A stretch of 64,000 nucleotides of DNA from Psammoneis japonica. Its lineage: Eukaryota. The stretch's first letter is position 1. Every line of letters begins with the position of its first letter. The translations under genes and the position numbers were made by a program. The stretch is taken from the NCBI GenBank assembly GCA_008632985.1, contig QPGO01000083.1, positions 285,075-349,074 of the forward strand, in the 5' to 3' direction. Under the pieces are notes generated by a model. That model did no database searches, had not been told where the DNA came from, and saw nothing but the letters and a program-made list of their open reading frames with translations. Below, piece after piece: positions 34,700-47,399 of this stretch.

Positions 34700-36699
34700 T
34701 TCACATAAAACAAGCTACAGTAATGGGATAGTCTTGTAGTTCCTAATAGGTTCATATTATTCGCTCCCCCCTCAAGTGCTACCGTAGACTAGTCTTCGTC
34801 TCGAGTTGCCTCATTGACGTATTACGAATGAACAGCGGTGCCCATGCTCGCTCGCTCGTTTCGTTCTCGGAGGTTCTTGTTAGCACAGAAAAAGAACACC
34901 ATCAAAGGACAAAACAGCACCTTCTGCGTTCTTGATTGTGCACCAAGTAGAGGCCTTGTGGACTTTCTTGCCATGGGCTGGCTGCCGGCCACAGGATATT
35001 GCTTTGCTGTGCAGTCTCTTCCACCACCGGGCCATCTGCTCCCAAACCGGCGGGTGGCTCCGCTGACTGTGTTCCCAGCCAAGGTGATCGTTTTGGTCAG
35101 AGCTCTTTTTCACTCGCACACACACCAACCGGAAAACGCACCAGCCAGATTTAGAACGAATAACAATGGAAACAGTCGTCATTGAAGCGTTCTCCTATAG
35201 ACAATACAATTATTATACATTTGATTCTATCATTCTACCGGTACTGCGTATACTGGTAAACCCATTGGTTCGCAAACTCGTAGGTCTACAGACTTGGGGT
35301 CTCAAGTAATTACATTTGCGTCTCAGTCGTAGGTTCCGTGCGAGCCGTGGCGTCATCTTCGTCATTCTCATTTCTGCGACGAACCACAACAGCGCCAGTA
35401 GACGCGGCATCTCGTCCAGTCGTTCCACCGTTGCTTGCTCCCTGACTGCTAAGAGACGAGAACGATTGGGTGGTGCCCTGGTCGACATCGACTTGCGGTG
35501 GAATAACACGACGTTCCGACAAGATTTCTTGGATACGCGTATCGATGAGAGTATCCATCCGCCCCCAATCACTTTGGGAGAGTCCAAAGAGGCGTTCGAC
35601 TGCGTCCTCTGGAGCAACAGTTTGGGCTAACGTGTAAACAGCATTGACGCCGTCACGGTCGCGCTGATCCACGCAGGCTTGGAGACCGACAAGGACTAAA
35701 TGACAGTAACGGTCCTCCGCTGTTGCTAAGAGATCTTGAAGAAGCTGGAGCAGTGGCTCGTCTTCGATTTTGAAAAAGAAACGGAAAAGCAGCTAGCGTG
35801 AGATTCAATTTCGTTGTCACGCCGTTTCTTGTTCCGTGAGACACAGCATCGACAGGGCACTTACCATCAGAAATGATATCCTGCGGCATGATGAGACAGC
35901 ACGTAGACTATGAGCGTTGGAAAGGCAACTGTGATGGCACAACAGGCAACAGCGTCGAAACAGAACGGCGCGGAAAAGTGAAAACGTCAAGTCTCGCGCG
36001 TGATGAAACCACTTGTTCCGGCGCGGTACAGATGCTACGTAGAAAACCTGTACATCCGTAAACATGTACAGTAAGGCGGTACTGGTAGACTGAATTCGTG
36101 TGTCAACGGTGTGTACCACGAGGCAACGATGTGGAAGCTTCCATTTGCGTTTTCCACTGCATTATGAAATTCACTACGATTCCACAATAGCAATACTGAT
36201 GTATGGAACACGAATTCAACGGGCTTCGAACAATCGAAAGAACTTACCGCTTTTGTTCGAACGTTGGAGAGTTTCACGGTCGTTGCATCCGATCGACACG
36301 AATTAATGTCGTCATCTTGGCTGAGCTCTCTTTTCGACATTGGGCCGTGAAAGCTGCCTATTATGTGAGGGTTTACCATTACAGTTGAACTCATGGTGGA
36401 TGTTGATGTGATTGAAATGGACAGCAACAGATGTGGTATGAAGGAGTGCAGCAGCGAGACGCGGCAGCAGATTGAAGAGAGCAGCATGACAAGTCACGAC
36501 TGTTCATCCGCGTGGACCAGTACTGATTCCTACGTACGACGTCTGCCAGGGCCCGGAATTCTTTCTCACAAATTCAAAATCACAACAACAAACAAAAAAA
36601 ACAAACGACAAAATTACTGAGCCTGTGTGCCTGCTGACATGAAAGTGCTTCATAATTTCGTGGCATTGCCACTATCTCGCGATGGATGGTCGTTCAACA

Positions 36700-38189
36700 A
36701 GTTCGTCTGTTTGCCTGCGGTGCGCATGGTCTTCAATTACAACGTAACAGTAGAGCGGGAAGAACGAGCGTTCTCGTACTATTCACTTCTTTCGAGATTC
36801 CCATTGCTCCACGTCGTGACAGAAACTTTCAATCGGAATATGAAAAATTATTGCAAAACGGGTGTGTGAATGCAGTGAACCATGGTGAATTCGAGGGAGC
36901 TGTGAACCTACTGGTCCATCGAGCAAACGCAGAAGACAGCGGAAGTAGAACGGGTTGCAACACTTGCCGTGCAACGATGCCGAAGAGGTGGGAAGACCTT
37001 TATGCTTCACGCAAGCTTTTCGTCGACCAGCGGTTAGAAAGAGGGCACTATCATCATTTTCATATCCATGAACAGCTTGTCCTCATACGATCCAGATTTA
37101 AAGGATGACTACTGTGCAATTTTGTCGAGAATTGCTTGGGAAATTAGTGGCCGAGAGCTGAATAGTTTCCGCTTCTTCAAGACGAAATACAGCGATTGTG
37201 GAGCATTTTATCCATGGCTCAGCGTAGAGAACCGCGTGATTCTTATAGTGGATGAATTGAACATTACTCGATACACTTCAGGACGGTACAATGATTTGTG
37301 TTCTCTACTTGATAATCTTGTGCAGCAGAAAGGATCGCTTTGCTCTACTCAACTCATCAACGCGGAACAGCCGATCTCTTACGTGGCCGGCGTCCTTCGG
37401 GGGATGGTTTAACCCTTTCAAAACGCGAGAACCATTGGCTGTCTATTCCTCGAATTCTTTGTGAAAGATGCTTGCATGGATTGCTGCAAAACCCTTCTCA
37501 GCAGCCATCCTTTTGGTGTGCCGTACTGCGAGGGCGGGTGCCTGCACTGGTTCTCCAATCGAATCTTGTTCTTGCCAAGTTTGCCGTGTTTCAAGACTCA
37601 ACTTCGGGAAAAAAGGAGCGCATATCTTGTCTGGCGGCTGTCATTACAGGGAAATTGACTCTCACACTCACGTAATTTTTCAGGGCTTATTCATACATGA
37701 GCGAACGCTTTACGAGTGGGCATTCAGCTTTCTTTGCATGGACCGTCTTTATGGTTGCCCAAGCCGCCGTCTCGCAGGCTCCGTGTGACGTTGGAGAATC
37801 CTGATGTCGATGAACCAAAGGCTTTCGACGCTATAGACCAGCTTGCTGTTCTTATGCGCTTGCTCTCCGAACAGCATCATGTACTTGTTCCTTGGAACTC
37901 AGGAATTCACGATGCTGGCGGCTCCGCATTCCAAGGGACTGAGATATTTCATGTTGCAGCAAGTGCAAAAACCGTCGATGGCATCATTGAGGGAGTTAAT
38001 GTTCGCTATACAGACTCACCAGTTTTGCAGGTAGTCGCGGCTCCCATGTTTGCTTTCTTCCCCAGGTGTGACTTTTTCGTTCTACACAAGCGTGAAGATG
38101 GATGGAAAATTGCTGCTGTCTACCAGTGCACAAAAGGTACTGAGAATCCCAGCGAAGATGCAGGGACAGAGGTTCCGCTGTCGGTGTGA
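36700..38189 (+). pseudogene. Frameshifted P-loop NTPase plus restriction-endonuclease-like gene (Crinkler C-terminal-like)
   Basis: Consecutive overlapping plus-strand ORFs with Walker B-like VILIVDELN, GRVPAL and PRCDFFVLHK..AVYQCTKG. Family assignment is by motif resemblance only. Confidence 0.4.
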
Positions 38190-38581
38190 TGGATAGAAGG
38201 AACGTGCCGCAAGTACCGCCTTCAGCAAGGCAAACGTGTGCCACAGAAGTTACACCGTGGATGGGTCTTGATGGGTGATGGGAGAATCAAATCAGGTTGA
38301 CTGTCTCGGTTTATCGGTGTCTGACTGTCTGAAGCGTCGCCTCAAGAGCCTGTTCCTGACGAGAATCCATGTTGCTTGGCTGACATGGTGAGCGAGGAAG
38401 GAGCAGAAGAAAGCCAGGTCGCCCGAGAAGGGCTCGAAAAAAGCTCGCACGAACTGAAACGGTTGCTGCTGCGTCGTGTCGTGATGAGAAGAGATGTCCT
38501 TCTATTAGAGAGTATAAACTAGTAGTTTCAAGGCTGTTACGGCCTCTACCTGCGGTCGTAGAGAGTAATATCATGGAGACA

Positions 38582-41145
38582 TCACCATTGAAATTGAAAG
38601 CGGGAAGTCTGGGGTCCAAAAGCTGCCAAGTATAGATACACTATAGGAACATTTCGTTGTGCCATGTACGCGACGCGAGGAAGCATGGAATTTAAGCTTG
38701 AGAATTGAAAGATCATAGTTGAAACGAATGCAAGATGCCGAGCTTTTTCCAATGTGCATCTTGCTTGCAACAATAGATGCGGCTTTCTTTTCAACACTGA
38801 AATCATGTCTTCCACATGATCGTGCTCCGCCGTAAGTTGTTCTACTTGTGCCGGGGTGAGAGAAAGCTGAGGGCGAGCCTCGGATGCGTCGCCCGAAATG
38901 ACACGTTGCACACGTTCTCGTTGAATGTCCGTTAGTGTGGTCTGAAATAGTGTTGCAGCATGTCAATCACATCCGCAGCGGCCATGTAACCCAACATGAG
39001 TTTCTTATCGATACGTCCGGGTCGAATAAGGGCGGGGTCCAGCATTTCAGGATGATTTGTTGTCATTATAAGGATTCGTCCCGGCGTATCAACGACCCCA
39101 TCCAATACGTTGAGCAGGCCTGTCAAGTTCAGCTTGTCTTGCCTATTTTGGACCAAGGACTTTCCTTACTGTCGGACCCACGATGACAGAGCTGGACCCA
39201 TTGTCGGTGGTCTTATTCGAAGAATCATTCTTAGCATCAGAGGATGCTTCAGTCGTTCCGTTGACAAGGTTCTCTGAGGCAACAGCTGTGAGATGAACCT
39301 CGTCGTCACTGCCATACTTGGTGTATGACAATTCCCTTGACAAGTTGGGCTTTGGAATGGACGAAAACGATAACGGAGATGGCAAACCACGAACATTTAC
39401 CAGGTCTGCTTCGTCGGTGAACAGTGGAGGGACTGTAACGTTAGTCCCAAGCAGTTCATCGACAAACTCATCATCAACATCAGCGCCGGCATCCAGCAAA
39501 GCCTTGATAGACCTTGCATGGATACCGACGAACCGGTCCACCGTGGAGTATCCCTCCATGAGTTCGTTGGCGGACAACAAGGCCTCGTTGCCAATTTTTA
39601 CCAATGCATCTTCCCCTCCACTTTCTCCTACAAACCAAGTCCAGGGAGAACCATCATTCTTTGTGCCAAAGAGCGAATAACGTCTGGTTTGAGAGCTTCT
39701 TCCTTGAGTCGTTCAGACCTGGTCATGAGCAACTCCACCAACTCTCGACAATCTGGCTCATTGCTTTCCAACAACATGCGCCAGATCGATTTTGGTACTG
39801 GCGGTAGATCGACTTGTTCTGTTTGGGTGACTTCGGCCGTTCGTTTTCCGTCTCGTCGTCGGACAATTCTTGAGCACGCATCAACATCCTCCATGACAAA
39901 AATAACGTCCTTGAAACCGAGTTCCACCGGCACGTCCTCGCCGCGTACGTAGTACCTTTTGCTGAAGAAAATATTCATAAGCTCTGAATTGGTGGAGATT
40001 TTCGCGAGTGGGACGTTGACAATGGACCGACCCGTGTGCTGTGCGAGCGCCTTGATGAGCGATGTCTTTCCTGTCCCAGGAGGGCCGTGTAGGAGTAAAC
40101 CGAGCTTGTGTGGATACCCCTTGATTGCGTATCTGCCTTTCTTGGCAGTGAAGTTTCCGACAAGATTCAATAGAGACTGCTTCTGTTGAAAAAACAGCGA
40201 TTCAAAGGTTTTTTCGTCACTCAATTTGTATCGGACATGAATGGGGCCTCCATCATTGTCTTCATCATCGCTGTCTCGTCTACCGCCGGAAATACTGTCT
40301 TGTTGAATCTCGTAAAGATACCGCGAATTGTCCTCCAGGGATTTAAGCTCCCCCATGTACCACCGGTAGGCGGTTTCGATAAAAACATCAATGGACGAAG
40401 GACCAGGCGACACGAAATGATACCGAATCGTATTGAGACGGCTTCCGCCATCCTTTCCGATTGGCTCAGTTGATTCCTCAATTCGCAAGTGGACTGCAAA
40501 CTGAAATAATCCCTCTTCATCGTCCTTACAAGGAAAATCCCCCAATTTGTACCACTCATTGTGAAGCGGTTTCTTAACCACAGAATATTTGCTCAGTATC
40601 CCCGCTAGAGTCTTTTTATTAGATGAAGGCTCGTAACTATCCTCGTACTCATAGTAGTTATTGTTGATGAGATTCTTGCTCCCAACGGAAGTCAGGTCCA
40701 CGTTGGCCGCCTCGAGATTCAGTTTGCACTTGTGAAATACGTAGAGTTGCACTGCCTTGATCAGCACTGAGTTTTGTGTGTCAGTATCCATATTCCTGCT
40801 TCCCCCATAGGTGTCCTTGGTGCTCTTTGTTACAAGGAACCGTTGATATTTGTTACTCCGGTCGAATTTCCATCTCTGCCATTCTCTGTATCTCAAGTCA
40901 CGAACGCTCCGCTCGACCATTGTAAAGATGAATCTCATCAAGAACGGGATACACATGGCAATGAGAATATCGGTGACGACATCACCTGTCTTGAGAGCAT
41001 TGACGAGTCCCAGCGATTGAATCCCTCCCAAGAAATCACCTTGATGCATTTGTTCATTCATGGTGCTGGGCAGCGGCGCGGTGTTTACGCCTTCTTCCGA
41101 AAATTGTGAGACATATGAAATCGGCATGGACGACCATTCCCTCAC
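38582..41145 (-). CDS. BCS1-like AAA+ ATPase, split by apparent single-base frameshifts
   Basis: Walker A GLLLHGPPGTGKTS, Walker B FVMEDVD, LNLTGLLNVLDG..MTTNHPEMLDPALIRPGRID. Frame changes near 39630, 39150 and 38945. 3' end uncertain. Confidence 0.85.
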
Positions 41146-41735
41146 AAGTACGACTTCAGCTTGTTAGAACTTCGAAGAACCTTGCAATGTTTGCGGGTCT
41201 CGTGGCATCTCACGTCTCGAACAATACACAATCAAACACGGTCGTTCATGGGCGAGCGACCCCGCTGTTTCCATGGGTCGTGGATGTTATTTTGCACGCA
41301 TGACTCAGATCTTTTGACGTTGTACACCCGGGACTTGAGAAGTGAAAAGTAGATCTACTCCCGTCGTCGCAGTAGCTGCCCTCGCAAACACGGGTTCATC
41401 TGACGGTGTCACCCCAAGTCGCAAGAGCAACTAATAGGTCGGCCTTTACTCATGCTTTTAGCTCTAGTAGCTACTTCTACGGTACTTTCTTACTTTTTCC
41501 GATCCTTTTTAAAGCACAGAACCCTAAACCCAATCCAGTACGAAATTTCGAAATTTTTAAATGCCAGTTCTTAATTTACGAACATAATCAATATATCGAA
41601 AGATTTTTTGCGTTCACCGCATTCAGCATGTTCACGTTCACCGTTCACCACCTTCACCACCTTCACCTCCACAAGCAGCTTGAAGCTGATCGATCTCCTA
41701 GATGCATGCAGCCTGTCTATTGTGAATTGAACAAA

Positions 41736-42424
41736 ATGGCAAGAAACAAAAGCCCCATTGGTATCAAGGCGGTCCTTGCCGGTATCTGCTTGGCTGCGTT
41801 TGTGTATCACAACCGTTTCCTCTTTGGTTTGCCCTGTCCTCCTCCCGAACCGGATTTCACCGCGATTTCCAATCACAAGCAACTCGACAAGTGGCTGGCG
41901 GTATACGAAAAGGAGCTCGGTGACGATTATGATGCGTATCGAAACCATTGTTTGCGGGTTTTGAGTTTTACCAAGTATACGTTGCTACAAGAGAAAGTTG
42001 GAAACATTGACGAGGAGGTATTGGGTATTGCTTTAGCCCATCACGACATTGCACTCTGGACGAGCGGTGATTTGAGTTACTTGGAACCATCGGCCGCCGA
42101 AATGGAAAAGGCAAAGCACAATCTATCGGATGATCAAATCAAGGTGGCACACGAAATCATCATGCAACATCACAAGTACACGTGTGGAGTAGCAAATCAT
42201 TTTCTCCACAAGACGCCTTGCTAGTTAATGCGGTTCGTAAGGCGGACTGGACGGACTTTACCTATGGTGTAGTTCGATACGGAATGCCAGTGGGCAATGT
42301 GTGTGAGGCCTATCGTATGGTTCCGGAGCTGGGCTTTCACGACGTACTAAACGGAATGGGGGCTCGGCTCTCCCCAGACAATCTACTCAAACGGTTAGAC
42401 GTGCTCAAGATTTTCAAGTGGTAA
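41736..42424 (+). CDS. HD-domain phosphohydrolase-like protein with N-terminal hydrophobic segment; one frameshift near 42182
   Basis: YRNHCLRV..ALAHHDIALWT..YLEPS..HHK, continuing in another frame as LVNAVRKADWTD..GFH..KW*. Confidence 0.65.
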
Positions 42425-42529
42425 AAGGTATTTCTATATTAAAAAAAGATGTCGAATGACCTGTGGCAAAAGTCAGTGTTATTTGCGCCGCTCTCCGATG
42501 TAGATAAAAAATCTTCAACACGTAAAAGT

Positions 42530-44060
42530 GATCAGCAGCACACCACACAGACCTGTTTTGAAGCAGGAGGCAGGTTTCTGGCAAGAAAGCCTTGTTTGAC
42601 TTGTGTTCTTCAACCTTTTGGCTTTTTTGTTGACTCGGCACTCAGCATGAAACAGTTGACACTAGAGACAGGAGGCTTTTATCCTGTTCTGAGGGACGTT
42701 TGCAGCATCTGCGTGAGCTGCATGCCCTTGGGACAAGAAAACCCAGACTGCAGACCAACAGCTGCACAAGAAGGAAACACGAACGATTGATGGTGGAGTT
42801 GTCAGGGGCGCAGACATGTCAACAACAGTTGGTGTCTCAAGGGCCGCATCATCTTGTGCAAACATGACAAGCACCTTTTTTAATGCACTGGAGAATTCCA
42901 GCAGAGGAGGAAGGAGCGAGTTGCTCTCTCTGTTCTGTGACAAGCAGCTGCTGAGACAGCCACTCTCTCTCTCTGGCTGGCAGCAACAGCAGTGGACTGC
43001 CATGCCAGGCATGCCACAAAGAGCCCTGCATTCATTCAGTGGTGATTGTGATGATGTGGGTTGGCCAGGCCCGTGACTGCCCATGCTCGCCTGCACAAAT
43101 TTCACAGTGCCAGGGACTGCCTGTGGAAGTGCATGACAAAGTGCATGAACGTGGTGCATGAGTGTTTTGTGAGCCTCAGGTGTGAAGAACCTGCCGGCAT
43201 GTTTGAATGATTTCATGCTTTTTTAATTTTTCATCTGTGTTGAGCAGTGGAAACTTGGCTGTCTTTTTGGCATCATGGTCTGTCCAATCTGATGTCAGGC
43301 TTTTCATGTTGTCATTTGTGATGTGTTGTTTGCAGGGGTTGTCAATTTGACAAACAGCCCACCACCAAAGAAGCTCAAGCATGACAACATCAATGACTCC
43401 AATGACTTGCTAGCTTTGGTGCAAGCAGTGGCAGCAAAGTCTCCTCCTCCTCTCCTCTTGCATCTCCACTTTCTCACACATCACTGCTGTCAACATGAGT
43501 TGGGGAGGATTTCTCAGAAGTGCACTTGCGCATGGCTCAACATTTGTGACTGCAGCTTTTTGAAAACATGCCGCTCCACTCCAATGACAATGCTTGCCAT
43601 GTTGTCAAGCCGCACCTGTTGGAAATGTTGAGCCAAGTTCAAGGATCATTTGGAAGACCCACATGGTGTGTTTTTTGACCAACTGCACATTTTGGAGCCA
43701 GGCACCTGCGAGCACGGTCTGTGCAAGGCCAAGTTTCTGCAGGGAGGCATGGAAAAGGAAAAGGAAGGATTGGCCACCATGGCCGGCAGTTGCAAACAAG
43801 ATTGCACAAGTGACTCCACAATTGAAACGCTCCACCATTTTCACATGCTCCTCAATTTGAAGACCATTGTGGCGCAAGTCGTCTGCCATCGCATGATGGA
43901 AGCCCTCATTTCCAATGAGACTGTCCACCCGCTTCAGCATCAACTTTTCTTGGAATGAAAAGTAAAATCATCCCACTGGCTCTTGAGAGTGCTGTTCAAC
44001 TCTTGGACGATGACCCTTGTGAAATGGAATGGCTCGCCCTTGACGAATGCCTGTGCCAAT
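42530..44060. other. TpA- and CpG-depleted hypermutated block
   Basis: Near absence of TA (survivors mostly ttta/taaa/taga), TG/CA-rich. Confidence 0.85.
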
Positions 44061-44409
44061 TGACAGCACTACAAGTCACAAAGCTCGTCAGTTCCGAGAT
44101 GCTGGAGATTCTGTTGTCATCCCCAAGGTAGAAGGAGGTATGTTTGTTCGCGAACAATCAAGTTGGCCGACGCGGTATGGGATCGAGGAGTCCAGCGAAA
44201 TCCTGACCAAGTGCACCGTCGGTGACAAAACAAAACCCAAATTCTATTTTTAAGGTGCTTCTACACTTCCGCCCCGCAACAAGTGCACCGTCGGTGACAA
44301 TTGGACCAACGCCGTCAAGACTCCAGTCTACAAGAATCCAAAGAACCCAAATGAAGGCTTTTCGAAGGATTTCACAAAAGCGGTCAAGACCGAATCCCGA
44401 GAAGTCAAC

Positions 44410-45774
44410 GTGCGACACGAGATCCAAAGCTTCAAGGCACGTCCAAACGGTGGTCTCCTCACGTTCAACACAAACAAGATGATTTTTGATGAAGCAGGAG
44501 TCCCCCTTGACGGTTTTTTGAACAAACAAGGCTTTGATGCAGTGAGATCCTTTCTCAAGGGCCGCATCGTCTTGTACAAGCACCGCAAGCACCATTTTAT
44601 ACTGGTGCACCATCCCTACTGCAACGCCAGTGACCCACAAGAACACGTGACGGATGAAGAGCGCCTACAAACGGGATTGGAAGTCGCCATCATTACGTCT
44701 GTCACGTCGTCCCTACGCGGCCTGGATCCGTTTGACGAAAACACCCAGTTTGGTAATCCGATTCACGCCATGTTGTCAACCTACCTGACCTTGAATTGCC
44801 TTCACATGGGACGAGTCATGTCGATGGCCATGTACAGGGAATTCATTTCCGAAGAGTCGTTCATGGCTCTAAAAGAGAACGAATTGGCAAAGTTGGAAGA
44901 CGACCCCGACGTTGCCTTTTCGGAACGTGCTCGCAAGCAACGTGACAAGGACTGCGATCGCCCAGTAACTTCGGATTTGTTCATTCGGGCTCGCTCGATT
45001 GTATGCCAAGTCTTGGAAGGTTCGCCACAGCAGTGTGAAACCATGCTGAATCAGTTGCAGGCGTTGTTTTCAATTGACAAGAAGGGCGAGTTGCTACATC
45101 AAAACGACATTCGCAATCGCTATCAATCGTTTTTGAAGGATCACGTCGTACCCAACAGCGACTTGGCACGCTTGATCGTCGGATACATCAATCGCCCCGA
45201 GAAAAGTCGCGGTGGCAACCTCGCAACAGGTCCTGGTAAAGCTGCAACCAACGATGATATTGCAAATGGCAACGACTTTATGGAATCTCTCATTGCTCAA
45301 CACGGACCGCGCAAAGGTTCCCCCTCGGGTGGTGCTCCCTTTTGGATGCGTGCCAAGAGCACTCCAAAAGGCCCTCCTCCAACTGGAAAAAAGAGCATTT
45401 GTGGAAACTTTGTTTTCCCCATGGGATATCCCGTGTATGACGAGATGACGCATCAAGGCCTTGTTACTCGCACAGAATCCAAGCCTTCCAAAAAGGCCAC
45501 CAAGAACAACACCAAACACGCCAAGTCCAAAAAGTACCCAGAGTATTCCGTCTATACAAAGAAGGCCCGAGTGGTGAACGACGACGAAACGTCCACGTAC
45601 ATCCACTCGAGCTGCGATGGACCAAGAAGAAGGACGACAAGAAACAGCAAACGTTGGCGGCTGCCTTTTCGCTTCGGAAACCGTCGACTGGCGGTCGGGG
45701 TGCGTAGGTTGATATGTCGTGTTGTACCGTACGGCATGGTACTGTCTATAGAACCCTTGAATGTATGGCTCTAG
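44410..45774 (+). CDS. Hypothetical protein (probably the downstream part of a longer frameshifted gene)
   Basis: 454-codon ORF with protein-like composition and no ATG at its start. No family recognised. Confidence 0.45.
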   Translation: MRHEIQSFKARPNGGLLTFNTNKMIFDEAGVPLDGFLNKQGFDAVRSFLKGRIVLYKHRKHHFILVHHPYCNASDPQEHVTDEERLQTGLEVAIITSVTSSLRGLDPFDENTQFGNPIHAMLSTYLTLNCLHMGRVMSMAMYREFISEESFMALKENELAKLEDDPDVAFSERARKQRDKDCDRPVTSDLFIRARSIVCQVLEGSPQQCETMLNQLQALFSIDKKGELLHQNDIRNRYQSFLKDHVVPNSDLARLIVGYINRPEKSRGGNLATGPGKAATNDDIANGNDFMESLIAQHGPRKGSPSGGAPFWMRAKSTPKGPPPTGKKSICGNFVFPMGYPVYDEMTHQGLVTRTESKPSKKATKNNTKHAKSKKYPEYSVYTKKARVVNDDETSTYIHSSCDGPRRRTTRNSKRWRLPFRFGNRRLAVGVRRLICRVVPYGMVLSIEPLNVWL

Positions 45775-47259
45775 GAAATTTCGACGGCGGATTTGATGCA
45801 CTTGTCAGAGCTCGATACGGTATACCCGAGTTTATCAGTTAGTAATTCTGTTTAGTTGTAGAATTGCACAAGTGCAGATGTAAGGTATATTTGTAAAGTT
45901 GCTTATGAGTGAGATGAAAATAGAAATAGGAATAGAACTGCATGAATTGAATCAAACTCACTTGTTCAGTTTTTCCAACCTTTACTAGTTTCAATTCTTC
46001 CTCTCCATGCGTGAGTGATAAAGCCACTCCTTCATTATATATTTGCGGTGATTAATGACTTTGTATCGAATGTTATGATCCGAGTATTCTCGCAATGGTT
46101 AATTGTGTTGAGAGATGGTTCTTACGCCTCGCTTGACGAATCGAGAATACTGATCTCCGACCAATACAATGCCATATACCTCATCTAAGGCATACGGTAC
46201 TCCAATTTTCTCTTTTAACAGATCATTTGTCTCTGTTGACGGTTTGTTGTCTATATCATAGGTATCAATTGCTTCTTGTATCGGCAATCGCTCTTGATGA
46301 GATACGGCTGTTGTCGACGTATTGTCGTCTTATATTTTCCCATCCTCGTTGATGTAATGAACATGCTGTTCATACTTTTCTTCTGATATCCTCTATCACT
46401 TGTGATGAAAAAGATTCAGAGAATCTTCGACTTCATATTGTTGTACTCCAGTTGGTGAGTCTTGAAGTGCGTCTTGATGTACTCCACTCGTCGTGAGATG
46501 GGTCTTCAATTTTTGTAACTTGCTGACACTTCATCACATAAATTAGGGACTTGCTAACGACAACCCTAGATTGATAAGGTACGAGTCGTTCTAGCCCTTA
46601 TCTATAGATCCGAATGCCTTCAGAAACCAAGAGAAGCCTCCACCTTGGACGAGATAGATGTAATCAAAAGCAACTGAATTGATACAAGCGGAAAGAAAAA
46701 GGCAGAACGATTGACTGTGAGTACTTGTCGTGACAGAGCTAATGCCTATGCATCGTATGCATATATAAAAACAATCTTATGAGCATCTTACCTCGTAGAA
46801 GGAATAGACCGTGATGGTACAGCGTCTCAAAAGTGCCATTGCCGCTTATTGTATTTGTGAGAAGAAAACGTGTGTGTTGGGTTGCACACGGTACATGCAG
46901 AGCGCATGAAACAAGTAGGTGCTACGTACGTACATACTGTACGCGCACGGTACATACAACATGCGCATTCGCGCGAAAGAAATTTGATTTAGGCGGGTGC
47001 ACTTTAGAATCTCTTTCCGCGCCCGCGCCAAGCCTTTATTGTTGTACACTGCATGATGTAGTGCAGTGCAAACACTGTCCCACAACGATCATTGTTTCTT
47101 TTTCGCCACCATGGAGCAAATAAAATGCTTACAGAGCCTCTAGGGTGTTAATTTTAGTCCCGAGCCAAGCGACAACATGCGCGCGTTTTGGTGGTTGGAG
47201 CAGGCAAGTGGTGGCTGATCCAATGTAGTGATCTACCCCATCCCCACCAAAAAAAAAAG

Positions 47260-47362
47260 TCTCGCGAGCCGGAATCGAACCAGCGACCGATGGATTTGCT
47301 GCATAGTTACACGCACTTGTCATACTACAGTCCACCGCTCTACCAAACTGAGCTATCACGAG
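47260..47362 (-). tRNA. tRNA-Tyr(GTA) with 29-nt canonical intron
   Basis: Acceptor stem CTCGTGA/TCGCGAG, A box TAGCTCAGTTTGGTAGAGC, anticodon arm GTGGA-CTGTAG^A-TCCAT with intron 47296-47324, T arm GGTTCGATTCC, oligo-T terminator at 47249-47258. Confidence 0.97.
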
Positions 47363-47399
47363 ATATGCGCAAGCAGGGCGTCATCCAGGCATTTTAAGA

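Noticed and set aside
35213..36487. Possible minus-strand gene
   Set aside because: Only short fragmented ORFs without recognisable motifs or clear splice sites, so no model could be supported.
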